64,000 nucleotides of DNA from Amoebidium appalachense (Eukaryota > Protista > Ichthyosporea): positions 6,646,213 to 6,710,212 of the forward strand of contig CAVNZM010000013.1 in the NCBI GenBank assembly GCA_963693365.1, read 5' to 3'. The position numbers and the translations under genes are program-made. Positions 40,489-52,895 of the stretch are shown here, piece after piece; the first letter of the stretch is position 1; each line of letters opens with the position of its first letter. The notes under the pieces were generated by a model, which did not search any database, was not told the DNA's origin, and saw only the letters and a list, made by a program, of their open reading frames with translations.

Positions 40489-40778
40489 GGGGGGAGGGGG
40501 GTGGGGGGGTGTTTGTGTGTCTGTCGGGAGGGAGAGAGGGGGGGGAGGGGGGGGGGGGGGGGAGGGGGAGGAGGGAGGATTGTGGAAGTTGGTGCCCAGG
40601 TGAAGTTTACATGTAATACGGTGCATGAGCGGATTTGCTCAATTGAGGCAACAAGGGGTTCAGATTGAAAAGGAAAGGGATAAAGGGGGGAAGGGAATGT
40701 AAAGTTGAAACGGGGAAGGGTACGGGGAGGGGAGGAGAGGGGGGAAGAAGGGAGAGTTGTATGAGGGGACGGAAGGGG

Positions 40779-40810
<32 letters not shown>

Positions 40811-40964
40811 AAGGAGGGAGGGGCACAATGATGGGCCGCAGAGAGTTGGGGTCTTCTTTTTCTTTTCGTTATTTTATTTTATTTTATTTTATTTTATTTT
40901 TATTTTTTATTTTTTATTTATTTTTTTTGGGGGGGGGGGGGGGGGGGAGGAGGGGGGGGGGGGG

Positions 40965-41009
<45 letters not shown>

Positions 41010-41098
41010 GTGTTGTGTTCATGTGTTGTGTCGTGGCACAGTAGTGGCCTGGTGTGTGTCTGCGCGGGGTGTTGATGGGAGGGGGGTGGGTTAGAGGT

Positions 41099-41140
<42 letters not shown>

Positions 41141-41270
41141 AAGCAAAGTAGGGGCCTCTTTCTTTGTTTCCTTCTTTCCCGGTGCTTCTGCTTTCATCTT
41201 TTTTCCTCGTTTTGTTCTCTACTACCATCATCTCTACTATCTTCAATCTGAACATCAATGATCAGTGTGC

Positions 41271-41357
<87 letters not shown>

Positions 41358-41839
41358 TGTTTCTGTGTGGGGGGGGGGGGGGGGGGGGAGAAGGGGGGGG
41401 GGGGGGGGGGGGGGGGGAGGCAACACACCTGTGTCCTATTGATGATGATTTCCCTGCTCACAGGGTCTGTGCCGTCATTTGCTAAAAATAGAAAGGCACG
41501 TGACAGATCCCGGCATGATGCAGCCATAGCACATTGGTGGAAGTACGTGTCCAGCACATCTTCTGGTGGGTTCTGGAGGTTTCCAAACCTGAAAAGTGGC
41601 AAGATTTTAAATTTTAAATAATATTTGTGACATTTGACATTGTATGAACCAGGAGTCGAGACCTGATTTCAGGGAACTTTCGGAGGGGGAGGGGGGGGGC
41701 AGATGGATGTGTTACGGAATACAAAAAACAAATTTACACGGCGGATCACACATTGCAGAATTTGCACCAGGAAAAAGACACACAAAGTGCCTCTAGTACT
41801 CGTCATAGGTAGAGCCCATTCTCAAGAATGGAGGGGGGA

Positions 41840-41872
<33 letters not shown>

Positions 41873-42454
41873 TAATAAACGCGATAAAGGGCTGCAAATA
41901 TGGTAGCACAAGACATTTAACAAAAGAAACACAAAAAACGAGCATTGAAAAAAAGCCCATAAAAAACAAGACCATAAAACAGAAACTAAAAGCATTGTGT
42001 AGACCATTGTGTAGACAGAAGACACTCGAACTGGACCCACCAACCATTTGTTGGGGGGGGGGGGGGGGGGGTTTTAAGAAGGGGGAGGGGGGGAGTAACC
42101 ATTTTGGGGGAAGGGGAGAGGGGGGTCTATTACGCTCTGATGAAATTTGCCAATGCCCGATTTCTGAACCCACACGATTTTTCGGACTCTGCCACCTCCG
42201 TGTCGATGCTTACGTTCTGCCACTTGCCTGCTACCCTCCCTACAAACCCCAACAGTCCCTCGATACCCCGCGCGCTCGTTTTGTTCACTGCCCAGCGAGA
42301 GAGATTTTCGCGCGGAAATTCGAGTTTCTGTGAAAATAGGATATTGATTGGAATGTCAGGATCGGGTTTGGATAATTGGTTTGTTGAGCAGGGCGGGGGG
42401 TGGGGGGTGGGGTGGGGGTGGTGGTCGGGGGGGAGGGGGGGGGTATCTGTGTCT

Positions 42455-42485
<31 letters not shown>

Positions 42486-42639
42486 GGGTTATTTGCCACA
42501 ATGAACGGTGTGAAGCTAAGGGAATTAAAGAGGGGTGCTTGTGTGTTGGGAAGACCCCCCCCCCCCCCCCCCCCCTCTCTCTCTTTTTATTTTTTTTTTA
42601 GTTCAAGTTATCAAAGTTTTTTTTGGGAGGGGGGTGGGT

Positions 42640-42681
<42 letters not shown>

Positions 42682-42896
42682 ACACATGCTTGTGAAGATT
42701 AAAGGAAGTGGGAAAACCAACTATGAAAAAAGACAGAGGAAAGGGAAAAGGAAGCAACGATGAAAGGTGAAAAACGGGGAATGATCAGCTCTACTGGGTT
42801 AGGCTGAAAGACAGTTAGAGGGTTAGGTGGAAACGGGGAACATGGCCTGGGGGAGGGAGTGTGGGAGGGAGTGCTGGTGGTGGCCGTTTGAGGGGT

Positions 42897-42943
<47 letters not shown>

Positions 42944-43076
42944 GAAAGACAAGGGTAGATGGGATAAGACGGATTTTTAGGAGGGAAAAAGAAATTTTTG
43001 GGATTGGGAAGGGGGGAGAGAGAGAGGGAGAGAGAGAGAGAGGGGGGGGGGGGGGGGGGGGGGGAGGGGGGGGGGG

Positions 43077-43113
<37 letters not shown>

Positions 43114-43488
43114 CGAGCGAGAGAGAGCTCACACACACACACCTGCATAGCGCTGACAATGGTATCCGTAACCACAATAGCACCAGCGTTAATCAGTGGG
43201 TTTCTCGGTTTGCCCATCTCACTCTCCAACTGCACCAGTGAATTGAACGGGGTTCCGGAGGGTTCTACGCCCACCCGGTTAAACAGATTCTCGCCGACAC
43301 ATTTCATTGCCATAGCTGTGGTTAAAACCTTGCTGATTGATTGGATGCTGAAGGGTTCGTCACCGTCTCCGACCGTGATGGTCGTACCATCGAGCGTGGT
43401 GACTGCCATGCCGAACTGTGTACGTGTGTGTGGGGGGGGTGGGTGGGTGGGAGGGAAGGGGGGGGAGGGGAGGCATGTGTGTGTGTGT

Positions 43489-43520
<32 letters not shown>

Positions 43521-43552
43521 GGAGGGGGGGGCCTTGTGTGTGCTGTGTGTGT

Positions 43553-43631
<79 letters not shown>

Positions 43632-43648
43632 TATGTATGTATGTGTGT

Positions 43649-43679
<31 letters not shown>

Positions 43680-43882
43680 GCTGCAGGCAGGTGGTGGTGT
43701 TCTTTTTTTTCTTTTTTTTTTTTTTTCTGGGGGGGGGGGGGGGGGGGGGGGGGGTCTGTAACCGATTGCTTGAGTGGGTTTCGAAGAAGGGCTCTTGGGG
43801 ACCGGAAGGGGAGGAACTCGAAGTGAGGGGCAGATGGGGGGGGGGGGGGGGGAGGGGGGGGGGGGAGGGGGAACACTGGGAG

Positions 43883-43955
<73 letters not shown>

Positions 43956-43987
43956 ATTGTTAGTTGGCACGGTGGGAGAGGGGGGAT

Positions 43988-44020
<33 letters not shown>

Positions 44021-45504
44021 AAGTAGGAAGATATTCACGTTTGTGTACTTCAATGCACTGTCACGGAAGTTCTGCAAATGTGCAATTAAAAATGGGTATG
44101 ACTATAAGATATCGGTGTTTACTGTAAACAAATCTCTCTTGCTTGCTTGCCGTAGTTTCTTTATCTCTCTTCCTTTTCTACGATTATCCTATTATCTTTC
44201 CATTCCTTGTGAGATGGAGGGAGAACTGGAGCAGGCAGGTGGGGAACTGATGGGTGTATGTGTGTGTGTGTGCGCGCGTCCGTGTGTGTGTGTGTGTGTT
44301 TGGGGGGGGGGAGGGGGGGGGGGGGTAGGATTCGAAAAAACCTAGGAAAATATGAGCAACGACAGAGACAAACAGGGTTTCTCCAAGAAGCCACAAAAAG
44401 GCATGATAAGGTAACCACACGGAAGGAAAATTTGATGCTAAGGTGCAAACAATGGCACCGTGTGTGTAGGTCTGAATGTGATGCTTGGCGTGAGTGGAAA
44501 AGAAAATAGTTGCTTTTTTTTTGGGGGGGGGGGGGGGGGGGGATGGGGGGAGGGGGGAGGGGAGGGGGGCACAGTGCGTACATATAGAGAGAGCTGGTGT
44601 GTGTGTGTGTGTGTGTGTGGGGGGAGGGGGGGGGGGGGGGGGGGGGGGGAGGGGTTGCGTGCACCCAAGCGTGCTACATATTGGTTTGGGTGTGATCGTA
44701 ATCATGTGTATGTGTGTGTGACGGACCGATCTGTCTGGCTTACCTAACTACTACTCTTTCCCGCTTTTGGCTCTGCAACTGCATGGGCAGTATACCAGCA
44801 AAGAAAACAGGAGGGATAAGAGGGGGGAAAGGGGGAGGTGGCGGGAGGAAAGGGGGGAGGGGGGGGGGGGGGGGAGGGGGGTGATGTATGCGTTAGAGGG
44901 TTGGAAATATGGAGGAGACGACAAAGAGCAACAACAAAGCGTCACAAAGGTGGGAAATCCAAAATCAAACAATTTAAGCGTGCGGGCAGAAGACACTTGA
45001 ACAGAGCCCATCATCAGGGGGGTTCCTATGCCTCCATGGGGGGGGAGGGGGGAGGGGGGGGGGGGGGGGGGGTACAGGAGGGTTGGAGGGGGGCAGGAAA
45101 GGCAGGAGAGCACAGGAGTGTAGCAGCGGGGGGAACAAGAGGAGAGGGGGAAGAGGGGGATGAATAGGAGGTGGAAATCAGGGCAGGTTTGTAGCTGCAG
45201 ACCTGACCCATGCAACAATTGCTACCAACATGGGGATAATAAACATGTTTGTTTCTCACAGAGGAAAGGAAGATGGCACAACATTACTCTCCTAGCTCAC
45301 CTTTTTTGGGTCTATTCTTGCCAGTGCAGGGATATAGTCGGCAACCTTTCCCTGCCCCGTCAACGGCTTAACACTTTCAAGGATCTTCTGAAGCACAGGT
45401 CCAAACGTGTGGGCTGAAACGGGCCCAAGGTGGCTGTTCATAAACTGAGACCACTGCCCTGAGGTGACACCAGCACGGTACATCTTGGCGATGTTATTAT
45501 TCAT
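40153..45504 (-). CDS. glsA: Glutaminase, bacterial GlsA/GlsB (YneH-like) type, 5 exons, ~359 aa
   Basis: Exons 45504-45301, 43415-43143, 42327-42134, 41588-41429 and 40401-40153 join in phase. Motifs [19 protein letters not shown] (catalytic SxxK), [72 protein letters not shown]. Confidence 0.95.
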
Positions 45505-46333
45505 GAATGTAACTTGATTGCTTGGTGGTTGGTGTTGGTTATTTCTGGTTTTGTGCTTCAGAGATGGAATAGGATTGTGAGAGTTCTCCCGAAAACAGTT
45601 GGGCTGTTACAGACCTGTGGGATTTGAAAAATGCTTTGTTATGTGGCGTTTATTTTTATAAAAACAGATTAGAGTAGGCTATTTTTTTAAAAAAAAGATT
45701 AGAAGTGTGAAACGTTCTTCGGATAACTTAGGGAGGAGCAGCTGTGGGATAATGAAACTTAAATGAATGAGGGGTGCAAAGCCTTCCGGAAGAGAACATG
45801 GACACTGAGATGTGTGAGTGTGTGGTGGGCGAATGTTACGTTTGTATAGGGATTAATACGGGGCTTTTTGCACTATGGTATTGAGGAAGCTTTAGCTACC
45901 AAGAATGCAAGGTATACAAACACTTCGCATGCGTCTTTTCTAGAAACTTGTTTATAAAGCAGGACTCCTTTCAAGAATGTGTGTGCCTGCTAGAAAACGA
46001 TGTGTGTGCAAGGCAGAGGTGTGGTTATTTATATATTGTCGGACTACCATGTCAACACAATCAGCCCGTAATTGACAACCGCAGAACCATGCCACGTGTG
46101 TACTAAAACTAGCCAGCAAACACAACCCCACAATGCTTTCCCCTTTCTCCTTCTTTCGAAGGCTTTGTTGTGTGCACGGCCACAACTCGGACTCTGAAAC
46201 ACCGTGTTTACTGCGTTACACTTGCTTCATTCTGATTGGTTGTCACACCACGGGGTTTCCCGATTGTTCTTCCAATGACATTTTCTATCACTATCGACAG
46301 TTCTCCAACATTAGAACAGAAAACGGTTTATAC

Positions 46334-46444
46334 CCAGATGGCCAGATGGCCAAATCAAATTCAGTGTGTGAAAAGAGGTGGATAAAACGGGATAAAACGG
46401 GATAAAACGGGGAGTCAAAATGATCTAGCCATCTGGCCATGTGG
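46334..46444. repeat. 24-bp imperfect inverted repeat enclosing three 10-bp direct repeats
   Basis: CCAGATGGCCAGATGGCCAAATCA (46334-46357) versus TGATCTAGCCATCTGGCCATGTGG (46421-46444), 3 mismatches; the loop contains (GATAAAACGG)x3. Confidence 0.8.
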
Positions 46445-46794
46445 CCATATAATAGCAAATCACTAGCATGTAAGACACTCACTGCCACCACTGGGGGGCT
46501 TGGTTCCGGCAGGACGGGAGGCAGGGGGGGCTGGGGGGAGGGGGAGGCAGAGGAGGCAGAGGAGCAGGCGAGACTGGCGAGCCACTCACAGCGTGGATAA
46601 ATAATATGTATGCATATTAAGACACTCACTGCAACCACTGGGGGGCCTGGTTCCGGCAGGAGGGGGGGCAGGGGGGCTGGGGGGTAGGGGGTCGGGGGAG
46701 GCACACGAGCAGGGGGGGCTGGGGGGGGGGGGGGGCGTGAGCAGGGGGGCTGGGGGGGCACACGTGCAGGGGGGCTGGGGGGGGGGCTGGTTTT

Positions 46795-47279
46795 TTATGT
46801 GGGCTTGTGCTTATGGCAATGGGTCGTAGATTTCACCCTGTTTTTGCAGGGATTGCCAGCCTTGGTTTTGCCCTGGCAGTACCCATTTTCCCTGCCCACA
46901 CCCACTGCTGCAGCTGCAACTGGTGGCTGTGGTGCACCCATGGGTAGATCCGGAATGGACACAGTTGGCACGGGTACCCCGGTGCGCTCGGTGCGGGGCG
47001 CTGCATTTCGGCGGCTGTAAAGGCGGCCCTGAGGTCGTCAAGCAGGAGGTTTGCATGAGCATAGTCCCCGGCCTTGTGGGTGCGGAAGATGTTGATGGTG
47101 TCGTCACTGTAGAGGAGGACACCGGTGGCAGGGGCAAAGCATACCCAGGGCTTGAAGCCGTCCTTGTGGTATGGGCATGTTTTCTTTTTGTTTTTGCACT
47201 GGGCTTTTTTGGGTGTAAATGCAGGGCACCGTTCGGGGTCAACCGAATCGGGGCGCAATAGTGCGAGTGTGTCTCCCAT
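46795..47279 (-). pseudogene. Protein with two C-x9-C-xn-C-x2-H motifs (DUF5763-like), 1-nt frameshift near 46977-46980
   Basis: N-terminal CPAFTPKKAQCKNKKKTCPYH; after a shift at a G4 run (coding strand) the frame continues VPVPTVSIPDLPMG...YCQGKTKAGNPCKNRVKSTTHCHKHKPT*. Confidence 0.65.
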
Positions 47280-47571
47280 TTCTAGTGTTTTGTTTTGGTG
47301 TGCACTGTTCTTGGATTGGGGTGAAGTGAGACAAAAAAGTAGAAGCGAGTGCTTTTGCTATACCGGTTTGATGACATATCAATCAATCTCTTGGTGCCAA
47401 ACCACTGACCAATCACATGGGTGTATTCACGAATTCTAAATTCAGCATCTGGAGAGAGGGTACTGGTAAAACACGAGCATCACGGCATCAATAGTTTGTA
47501 CCACAGGCAAGATCTCAGAGAGGTCACTTTTGGGGTGTAACACGTCGGATACTGAAAGTTTTGTGAGGTAC

Positions 47572-47850
47572 ATGTACATGTTCGACAACACGGTCACCAC
47601 AGGCATTCTTTATGTGATATCTATATGCAGTGTCATTGCAAATATACACTGGTACAATTTAATGAAGTCCGAACCGAATGCTAAAGAGAAAGTGAACAAG
47701 ATGTATCTGGTGTACGCCAGTGCTGCTATTGTTCTCACATGTTTATTGGTTACACCGTTGGTGTATGCAATCATATACTATTTCACTAAGAAGACGGGTG
47801 CTGCGGAGTACGACACCACTCTGAGACAAACAAGTCACCCGGACTTTTAA
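47572..47850 (+). CDS. Small intronless two-TM membrane protein (~92 aa)
   Basis: Two hydrophobic segments (GILYVISICSVIANIHWY; MYLVYASAAIVLTCLLVTPLVYAIIYYF) and non-repetitive codons. Confidence 0.55.
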   Translation: MYMFDNTVTTGILYVISICSVIANIHWYNLMKSEPNAKEKVNKMYLVYASAAIVLTCLLVTPLVYAIIYYFTKKTGAAEYDTTLRQTSHPDF

Positions 47851-47870
47851 TTCAATTAACACACCGCGCC

Positions 47871-48113
47871 AGCGCTGCATACAAAAAGTCGGAACCCAGC
47901 CAGCGCTACATACAAAAAGTGGAGTACACGACAATCACAGCACGAGCGCTGCATACAAAAAGTCGGAACCCAGCCAGCGCTACATACAAAAAGTGGAGTA
48001 CACGACAATCACAGCACGAGCGCTGCATACAAAAAGTCGGAACCCAGCCAGCGCTACATACAAAAAGTGGAGTACACGACAATCACACAGCACTAAGCGC
48101 TGCATACAAAAAG
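47871..48113 (+). repeat. 74-bp tandem repeat (~3.2 copies) made of two AGCGCT(G/A)CATACAAAAAG cores with alternating spacers
   Basis: Period 74 (47919 to 47993); spacers are identical between copies. Confidence 0.9.
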
Positions 48114-48369
48114 CAATAAACATGGTACTCCACACCACACCGGAGACACGAAAAATAAACACAACGGCAGCGCTGCACGGCCGTATACAGTTACTTTGCA
48201 TACCATTGGCCCGGGCTGGGGAGAGAGACGAGTAACACTGCTAGTGCATGCAGGGGATACAGAGCAGGAGAAGAGAAATGGTGCTAGCGCAAGTGGGTGG
48301 TGGTGGGACTCTTTGAGTGCGTGCATGCATGGGGATTGAAGGACTTAGCCATGCATGCATGAAGGGGGA

Positions 48370-48411
<42 letters not shown>

Positions 48412-49217
48412 GGCAAAGTGTGCATGTCCCGAATGTCTTTGTGTGTGCATGTGTGTGTGTGTGGGGTAGGGGGGGGGAGGCAAAGTGTGCATGTCCCGAA
48501 TGTCTTTGTGTGTGCATGTGTGTGTGGGGTGGGGGGGGGACGTAGACGTGCATGCATGAATGGGGGGAGGGGGGGAGGGGGGGGGGGAGGAAGAGAGAAA
48601 TAGTGCTAGTGCATGTGGGTGGTGGGGGTGTTCTTTTTGAGTGTGTGCATGCATGGGATTGAAGGACTTAGATGTGCATGCATGAATGGGGGGAGGGGGA
48701 GGGGGGAGGGGGAGGAAGAGAGAAATAGTGCTAGTGCATGTGGGTGGTGGGGGTGTTCTTTTTGAGTGTGTGCATGCATGGGATTGAAGGACTTAGACGT
48801 GCACGCATGAATGGGGGGGGGGGTTGTTTGAGTGTGGGTTGAAACGTGTGTGCACAGGAGGGAGGGGAGGGAGTGTGTGTTTCACACAAAAGTGTATACA
48901 AGCATGTGGGGTAAGCACAGATTCAAATAACACTGGATTTCCTTTTATAAAATCAATCTCCAACTGGCTGTGAACTTCTTTTTAGAAAATCAGTATCCAA
49001 CTCATTGTAAAAAGAAACCCCAAAACTTCTACCTATACATTATACAGAAACCGTCAGATGCTCAATATCCAACGGATTGTAAAAAGAAAACCCAAAAACT
49101 TCTACCTATACATTATACACACACATGCCCAAGAAACTAAACCAATAGTCATATATTAACATATGGCAGGCAGCACCTGTTTGACTATAATATAACAAAA
49201 ATCGAACTTTGAAAACT

Positions 49218-50722
49218 CTAGTCTTCGTCCTTCTCGTCGTCACTATCAACGTGAATCGCTGCCGCCTGTGCATGCCTGGTCCGTGTGGTACTGCGGAGGG
49301 GCACCGATTTCTTGCTCACCGGTTTTTTCTTGCCCTTCCCTGCACGGTTGCTTTCTTTCCCCTTTTTCTCACGAACACTCTTCTCTCTGATTTCCTCATC
49401 GAAGACCATATCCAATCGATCATCGTACGAATCTCTCTCTTCTTCGTGCGGATCTTTCTCTTCTTCATGCGGATCTTTCTCTTCTTCCCGCAACCGTTTG
49501 GACGCACTCTCATCACTAACAGAATCCAACGCCCTCTTCGACCCCCCGAGCGTGGTGGATGGGACGTGAATGTCGGTTGTGAGGGACATCAGGGAGAAGG
49601 CGGGGAAATAGTTGCTTGCGAAACGGCTATTGCCTATGGCATTGCCAGTGGGGGGGTGGAGGGCACTCTGAATAGGACGGGGGAGGGGGTGGGTGGAGGT
49701 GACGGACCGAAAACCACCTTGGGCTGCGCTGGCGGGCGGGGGGGGGCGGAGGACGGATTGGGCTGCGCTGGCGGGGGGGGGAGGGGCGGAGGACGGATTG
49801 GGCTGCGCTAGGGGGGGGAAGGAGAGGAGGGGCACATCGAATTCCGTGGAGCTAGCGGCAAGGTCGAGTGCATGGATGGGGGGCCCTTCCACACCCTGAA
49901 GCAGTTTTGTTGTGCTCTCTTGGACTGTTTTTCGATAGGCTTGCTGCATGCCTACCATCCGTGCCTCGATTTTTGCAGTTTTATCCCTCTGACGGTCCAA
50001 ATCGGCTTGCAAGGACGCCTTTTCGGCCATCTCAAGAATGACCCGAGCTTCGAGTTCCTGAACCCTCTCATTCAACAGTTTGTGCCTTGCATCAGCCGTA
50101 TATGAATCTTTGGCTGCTGTTGCTTTGACCTCTGTAATCGTGTCCCCCAAACGTTGGTTTTCCTCTGTTAAACGCTTGTTTTCATCTTTTACCAATCGCA
50201 ACTCTTTCTCCGCCTTTTCGTATTTCTCTTGCACTTCGAGAATGTTGGTGGGTGTAGCAGGCACAGGGATCACAGCTGTAAGTGCGGCAATTCGTGCATC
50301 TATTACTGCGAGAATTCTGGAGTCGAGGGGAACCGAAACGTCCTCGTTGACCTCGGTGTGGTGGGGGGGGGGGATATGGGGGTGTCCTTGTCCTTGTTGG
50401 GGGGGTCGGCGCTGGGGTTGGCGGGGGTTGTGTGAGGGTCATTGTTGGGGGGGTTGGCGGGGGTTGTGTGAGGGTCATTGTTGGGGGGGTTGGCGGGGGT
50501 TGTGTGAGGGTCATTGTTGGGGGGGTTGGCGGGGGTTGTGTGAGGGTCATTGTTGGGGGGGTTGGCGGGGGTTGTGTGAGGGTCATTGTTGGGGGGGTTG
50601 GCGCTGGGGTCGGCGGGGGTCGTGTGGGGGTCATTGTTGGTGGGGTTGGCGCTGGGGTCGGCGGGGGTTGTGCTTGACCCGAGCAGGGTGCAGGATGTAG
50701 CGAGGTGGTCGGAAGGATCCAT
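49218..50722 (-). pseudogene. Intronless coiled-coil protein (~500 aa) with N-terminal 12-aa repeats; 1-nt frameshift in G11 run at 50363-50373
   Basis: ATG at 50722 gives MDPSDH...(ANPPNNDPHTTP)n; a shift at the homopolymer joins HHTEVNEDVSVPLDSRILAVIDARIAAL and the 351-aa ORF (heptads EKYEKAEKELRLVKDENKRLTEENQRL, basic/acidic tail). Confidence 0.6.
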
Positions 50723-50818
50723 GGTTCACAAATTCAAAAGGGGGAATGTGAAATAGAAAAGACTACCCTGAAAAACGTGAGGCCAGAGTCGGACGCTTTC
50801 AAAACAACTCCCCAAAAA

Positions 50819-50923
50819 ATAGAGATACGAACAAAAAAAAGTCGTCACTGAATTAGAGATACGAACAAAAAAAAATCGTCACTGAATTAGAGATACGAAC
50901 AAAAAAAAAGTCGTCACTGAATT
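50819..50923 (+). repeat. 35-bp direct repeat x3 upstream of the coiled-coil gene
   Basis: (T)AGAGATACGAACAAAAAAAA(G/A)TCGTCACTGAAT repeated three times. Confidence 0.8.
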
Positions 50924-51188
50924 ATTTACAAGAAGCAAAGCAAAGGAAAATTCTATCACGTGCAAACACACTGGCACTAAAAAAAACGTTCCTCTTACAC
51001 AAAGCAAAATAAAGCAAAATTCATTCATGTGCAAACGCGGCTGTGAATTGATCAGAAAGGCCATCACCGATAATTTATACGAAGCAAAATGTTCTTATAA
51101 GGGGATCCATTGAGGACTGAGGACCACGGACCAAGCTTTGCCAAGCCGTGTAGTGTATGAGATGTAAAATAGGCATAATCAAACTTAT

Positions 51189-51250
<62 letters not shown>

Positions 51251-52133
51251 TGTATCCAATAGCATCTCATTCGCGGATCTCTTTGTGCTCTGATTGGTGT
51301 ATAACAGTTGGATCCACGTGAATAGGGCACTGGCACTCCAGGCACTTCAGATGCCGGATTCACAAAACGCTTTCTACACACAATTTTTGTATTAAAACGT
51401 GTATAAACAATTTATTTTGTGTTTTTGGTATTTATTGGTACATATTAGCGATATATATTGCTTCGGGGAAGGGTCCTGGGGGCATATTTTGGAAAATGCA
51501 CGTGAATGATTCGGTTATTGGTGGATAGGGATTGGATAAAAAACTATCGGGCACTGGTACTACGGGCAAACGCGTGTTGGCCATGGCACGATCCGATTAG
51601 CTAACTTGATACGATGAATCCTCAAGGCTTCTCAGAGACTGGTTTCAGAAAACGCTTTCCACACAAATTTTAAGCAAATGTTTGCATAAAAAATATAAAT
51701 TAATCACGTCGGGGTATATTGTTGTTCATAAGGCATAACATTTAATTAGCCACAATTTCGCTTCGCAGAGGGGGAGGAGTTGGGAAACTTGGCAAACGTT
51801 GGTGAAATTATCTTGCTGATTGGCCAATTATCACGTACGCGCGCCGAGTACACATTCCATTGGGCAAACAGGATAAACTATTGATTGGTCAGCTATCATT
51901 TCCATAAGGTGATTTAGCTTGAAGCGCGCCACATCAGTCGTGTCACTTGCATCCCAGCGCTGATATTGTATACATTGCAAACAGGCCAGAGTCAAAACAA
52001 AGAACGAGAACACAGACCTGTTAGTCTGTGCACGTCGCGCTATTAGCTGCCCTTTCTTCATTCAATACAGACACGTAGAATTTCCTTCACGTTTTTCCCA
52101 ACACATTTTAAACACACACATTGTAGATTAGAC

Positions 52134-52166
52134 GCGAGCGCAGCAGTGGCACAAGCACACAGGCAG

Positions 52167-52197
<31 letters not shown>

Positions 52198-52560
52198 CGA
52201 GCGCGAGCGCAGCAGTGGCACAAGCACACAGGCAGAGCACACACACACACACACACACACACCGAGCGCGAGCGCAGCAGTGGCACAAGCACACAGGCAG
52301 AGCACACACACACACACACACACACACCGAGCGCGAGCGCAGCAGTGGCACAAGCACACAGGCAGAGCACACACACACACACACACACACACCGAGCGCG
52401 AGCGCAGCAGTGGCACAAGCACACAGGCAGAGCACACACACACACACACACACACACCGAGCGCGAGCGCAGCAGTGGCACAAGCACACAGGCAGAGCAC
52501 ACACACACACACACACACACACCGAGCGCGAGCGCAGCAGTGGCACAAGCACACAGGCAG

Positions 52561-52594
<34 letters not shown>

Positions 52595-52628
52595 CGCGAG
52601 CGCAGCAGTGGCAAAAGCACACAGGCAG

Positions 52629-52664
<36 letters not shown>

Positions 52665-52698
52665 CGCGAGCGCAGCAGTGGCAAAAGCACACAGGCAG

Positions 52699-52734
<36 letters not shown>

Positions 52735-52820
52735 CGCGAGCGCAGCAGTGGCAAAAGCACACAGGCAGAGCACACACACACACACACGCACACCGAGCGC
52801 GAGCGCAGGAGTGGCACAAG
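52134..52820 (+). repeat. ~65-70 bp minisatellite with internal (CA)n, ~11 copies, just upstream of the JmjC gene
   Basis: Unit CGAGCGCGAGCGCAGCAGTGGCACAAGCACACAGGCAGAG(CA)n. Confidence 0.92.
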
Positions 52821-52895
52821 TACACAGTAAGCGCGCTCACAGGTAGACTCGCAGAGTACGCTCACAATCACACACACAAAATACACACAAACATC

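Noticed and set aside
46291-46761. Proline-rich 156-aa ORF
   Set aside because: Built from C-runs and a local ~60-bp duplication, starts at a non-ATG codon, and has no independent coding evidence.
47871-48113. CRISPR-like array of AGCGCT(G/A)CATACAAAAAG repeats
   Set aside because: Spacers repeat identically with period 74, there are no cas genes, and the context is eukaryotic.
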